Source: an uncultured Prevotellaceae bacterium (GTDB taxonomy: Bacteria; Bacteroidota; Bacteroidia; Bacteroidales; Bacteroidaceae). Taken from it: a stretch of 57,916 bases of DNA. The notes under the pieces were generated by a model that saw nothing but the letters and a program-made list of their open reading frames with translations, was not told the origin of the DNA and searched no databases. The position numbers and the translations under genes were made by a program. This document shows positions 57,854 to 57,916 of the stretch, in pieces (position 1 is the stretch's first letter; each line of letters starts with the position of its first letter). The stretch lies in assembly GCA_945827465.1 (NCBI GenBank), contig CALZOH010000001.1, forward strand, positions 1 to 57,916, written 5' to 3'.

Positions 57854-57916
57854 AACTGTTCTATATTTCCTCTATAAATCCCAATTTCCACACAGGCTCA
57901 AATCAGTCAAGGGGCG

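Noticed and set aside
1-57916. Searched for defence systems, toxin-antitoxin pairs, reverse transcriptases, integrases, transposases, phage genes, tRNA, rRNA, tmRNA and RNase P.
   Set aside because: None of the ORFs of 60 aa or more show the corresponding motifs. None of the intergenic regions contain the conserved RNA cores I know (for example the RNase P GAGGAAAGTCC box or a tmRNA tag frame).

Overview
This 57.9-kb chromosomal window reads as Bacteroidota, probably Bacteroidales (Prevotella/Bacteroides-like). Evidence: TAnnTTTG -7 promoter boxes lie 4-85 nt upstream of many starts, Shine-Dalgarno use is not evident, and many glycoside hydrolases carry signal peptides or lipoboxes. I call 36 intact CDS and 1 pseudogene. 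I saw no rRNA, tRNA, CRISPR, integrase, transposase, phage or recognisable defence genes. Gene order: murF; an ABC-2 exporter pair; a phosphodiester-glycosidase-like protein; purL plus a 54-aa rubredoxin missed by the ORF track; an OmpR-type two-component pair divergent from GH32 + fructokinase; two tandem exported flavodoxin-like proteins; a GH43 gene broken by two in-frame stops. Then comes a SusC/SusD-less glycan block: PAP2, three uncharacterised exported proteins, a cytoplasmic M18 aminopeptidase, GH2, a DUF3298 lipoprotein, GH92 and a 765-aa orphan lipoprotein. After that: LtaS-like / MsbA-like / RNase H1 / argS; GH78; a TarI/IspD-like cytidylyltransferase + FkbM methyltransferase; a SIMPL protein; a lipoprotein-type TamA + TamB; and a compact 4-gene membrane cassette. 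The best candidates for something undescribed are three. (1) The 4-gene cassette at 52833..56471 (anchored protein, GT-C-like polytopic protein, acyltransferase-3, polyprenyl-phosphate-type GT2), with no flippase and no known acceptor. (2) The ~1-kb non-coding gap 27303..28314 between convergent genes, filled with hairpin-TIR MITE-like elements and 85-bp and 43-bp tandem arrays, with relatives at 1..140 and 5389..5541. (3) The orphan exported proteins interleaved with GH2/GH92 and co-transcribed with an M18 aminopeptidase. All family calls come from motifs read by eye and recalled from memory; no database search was run.
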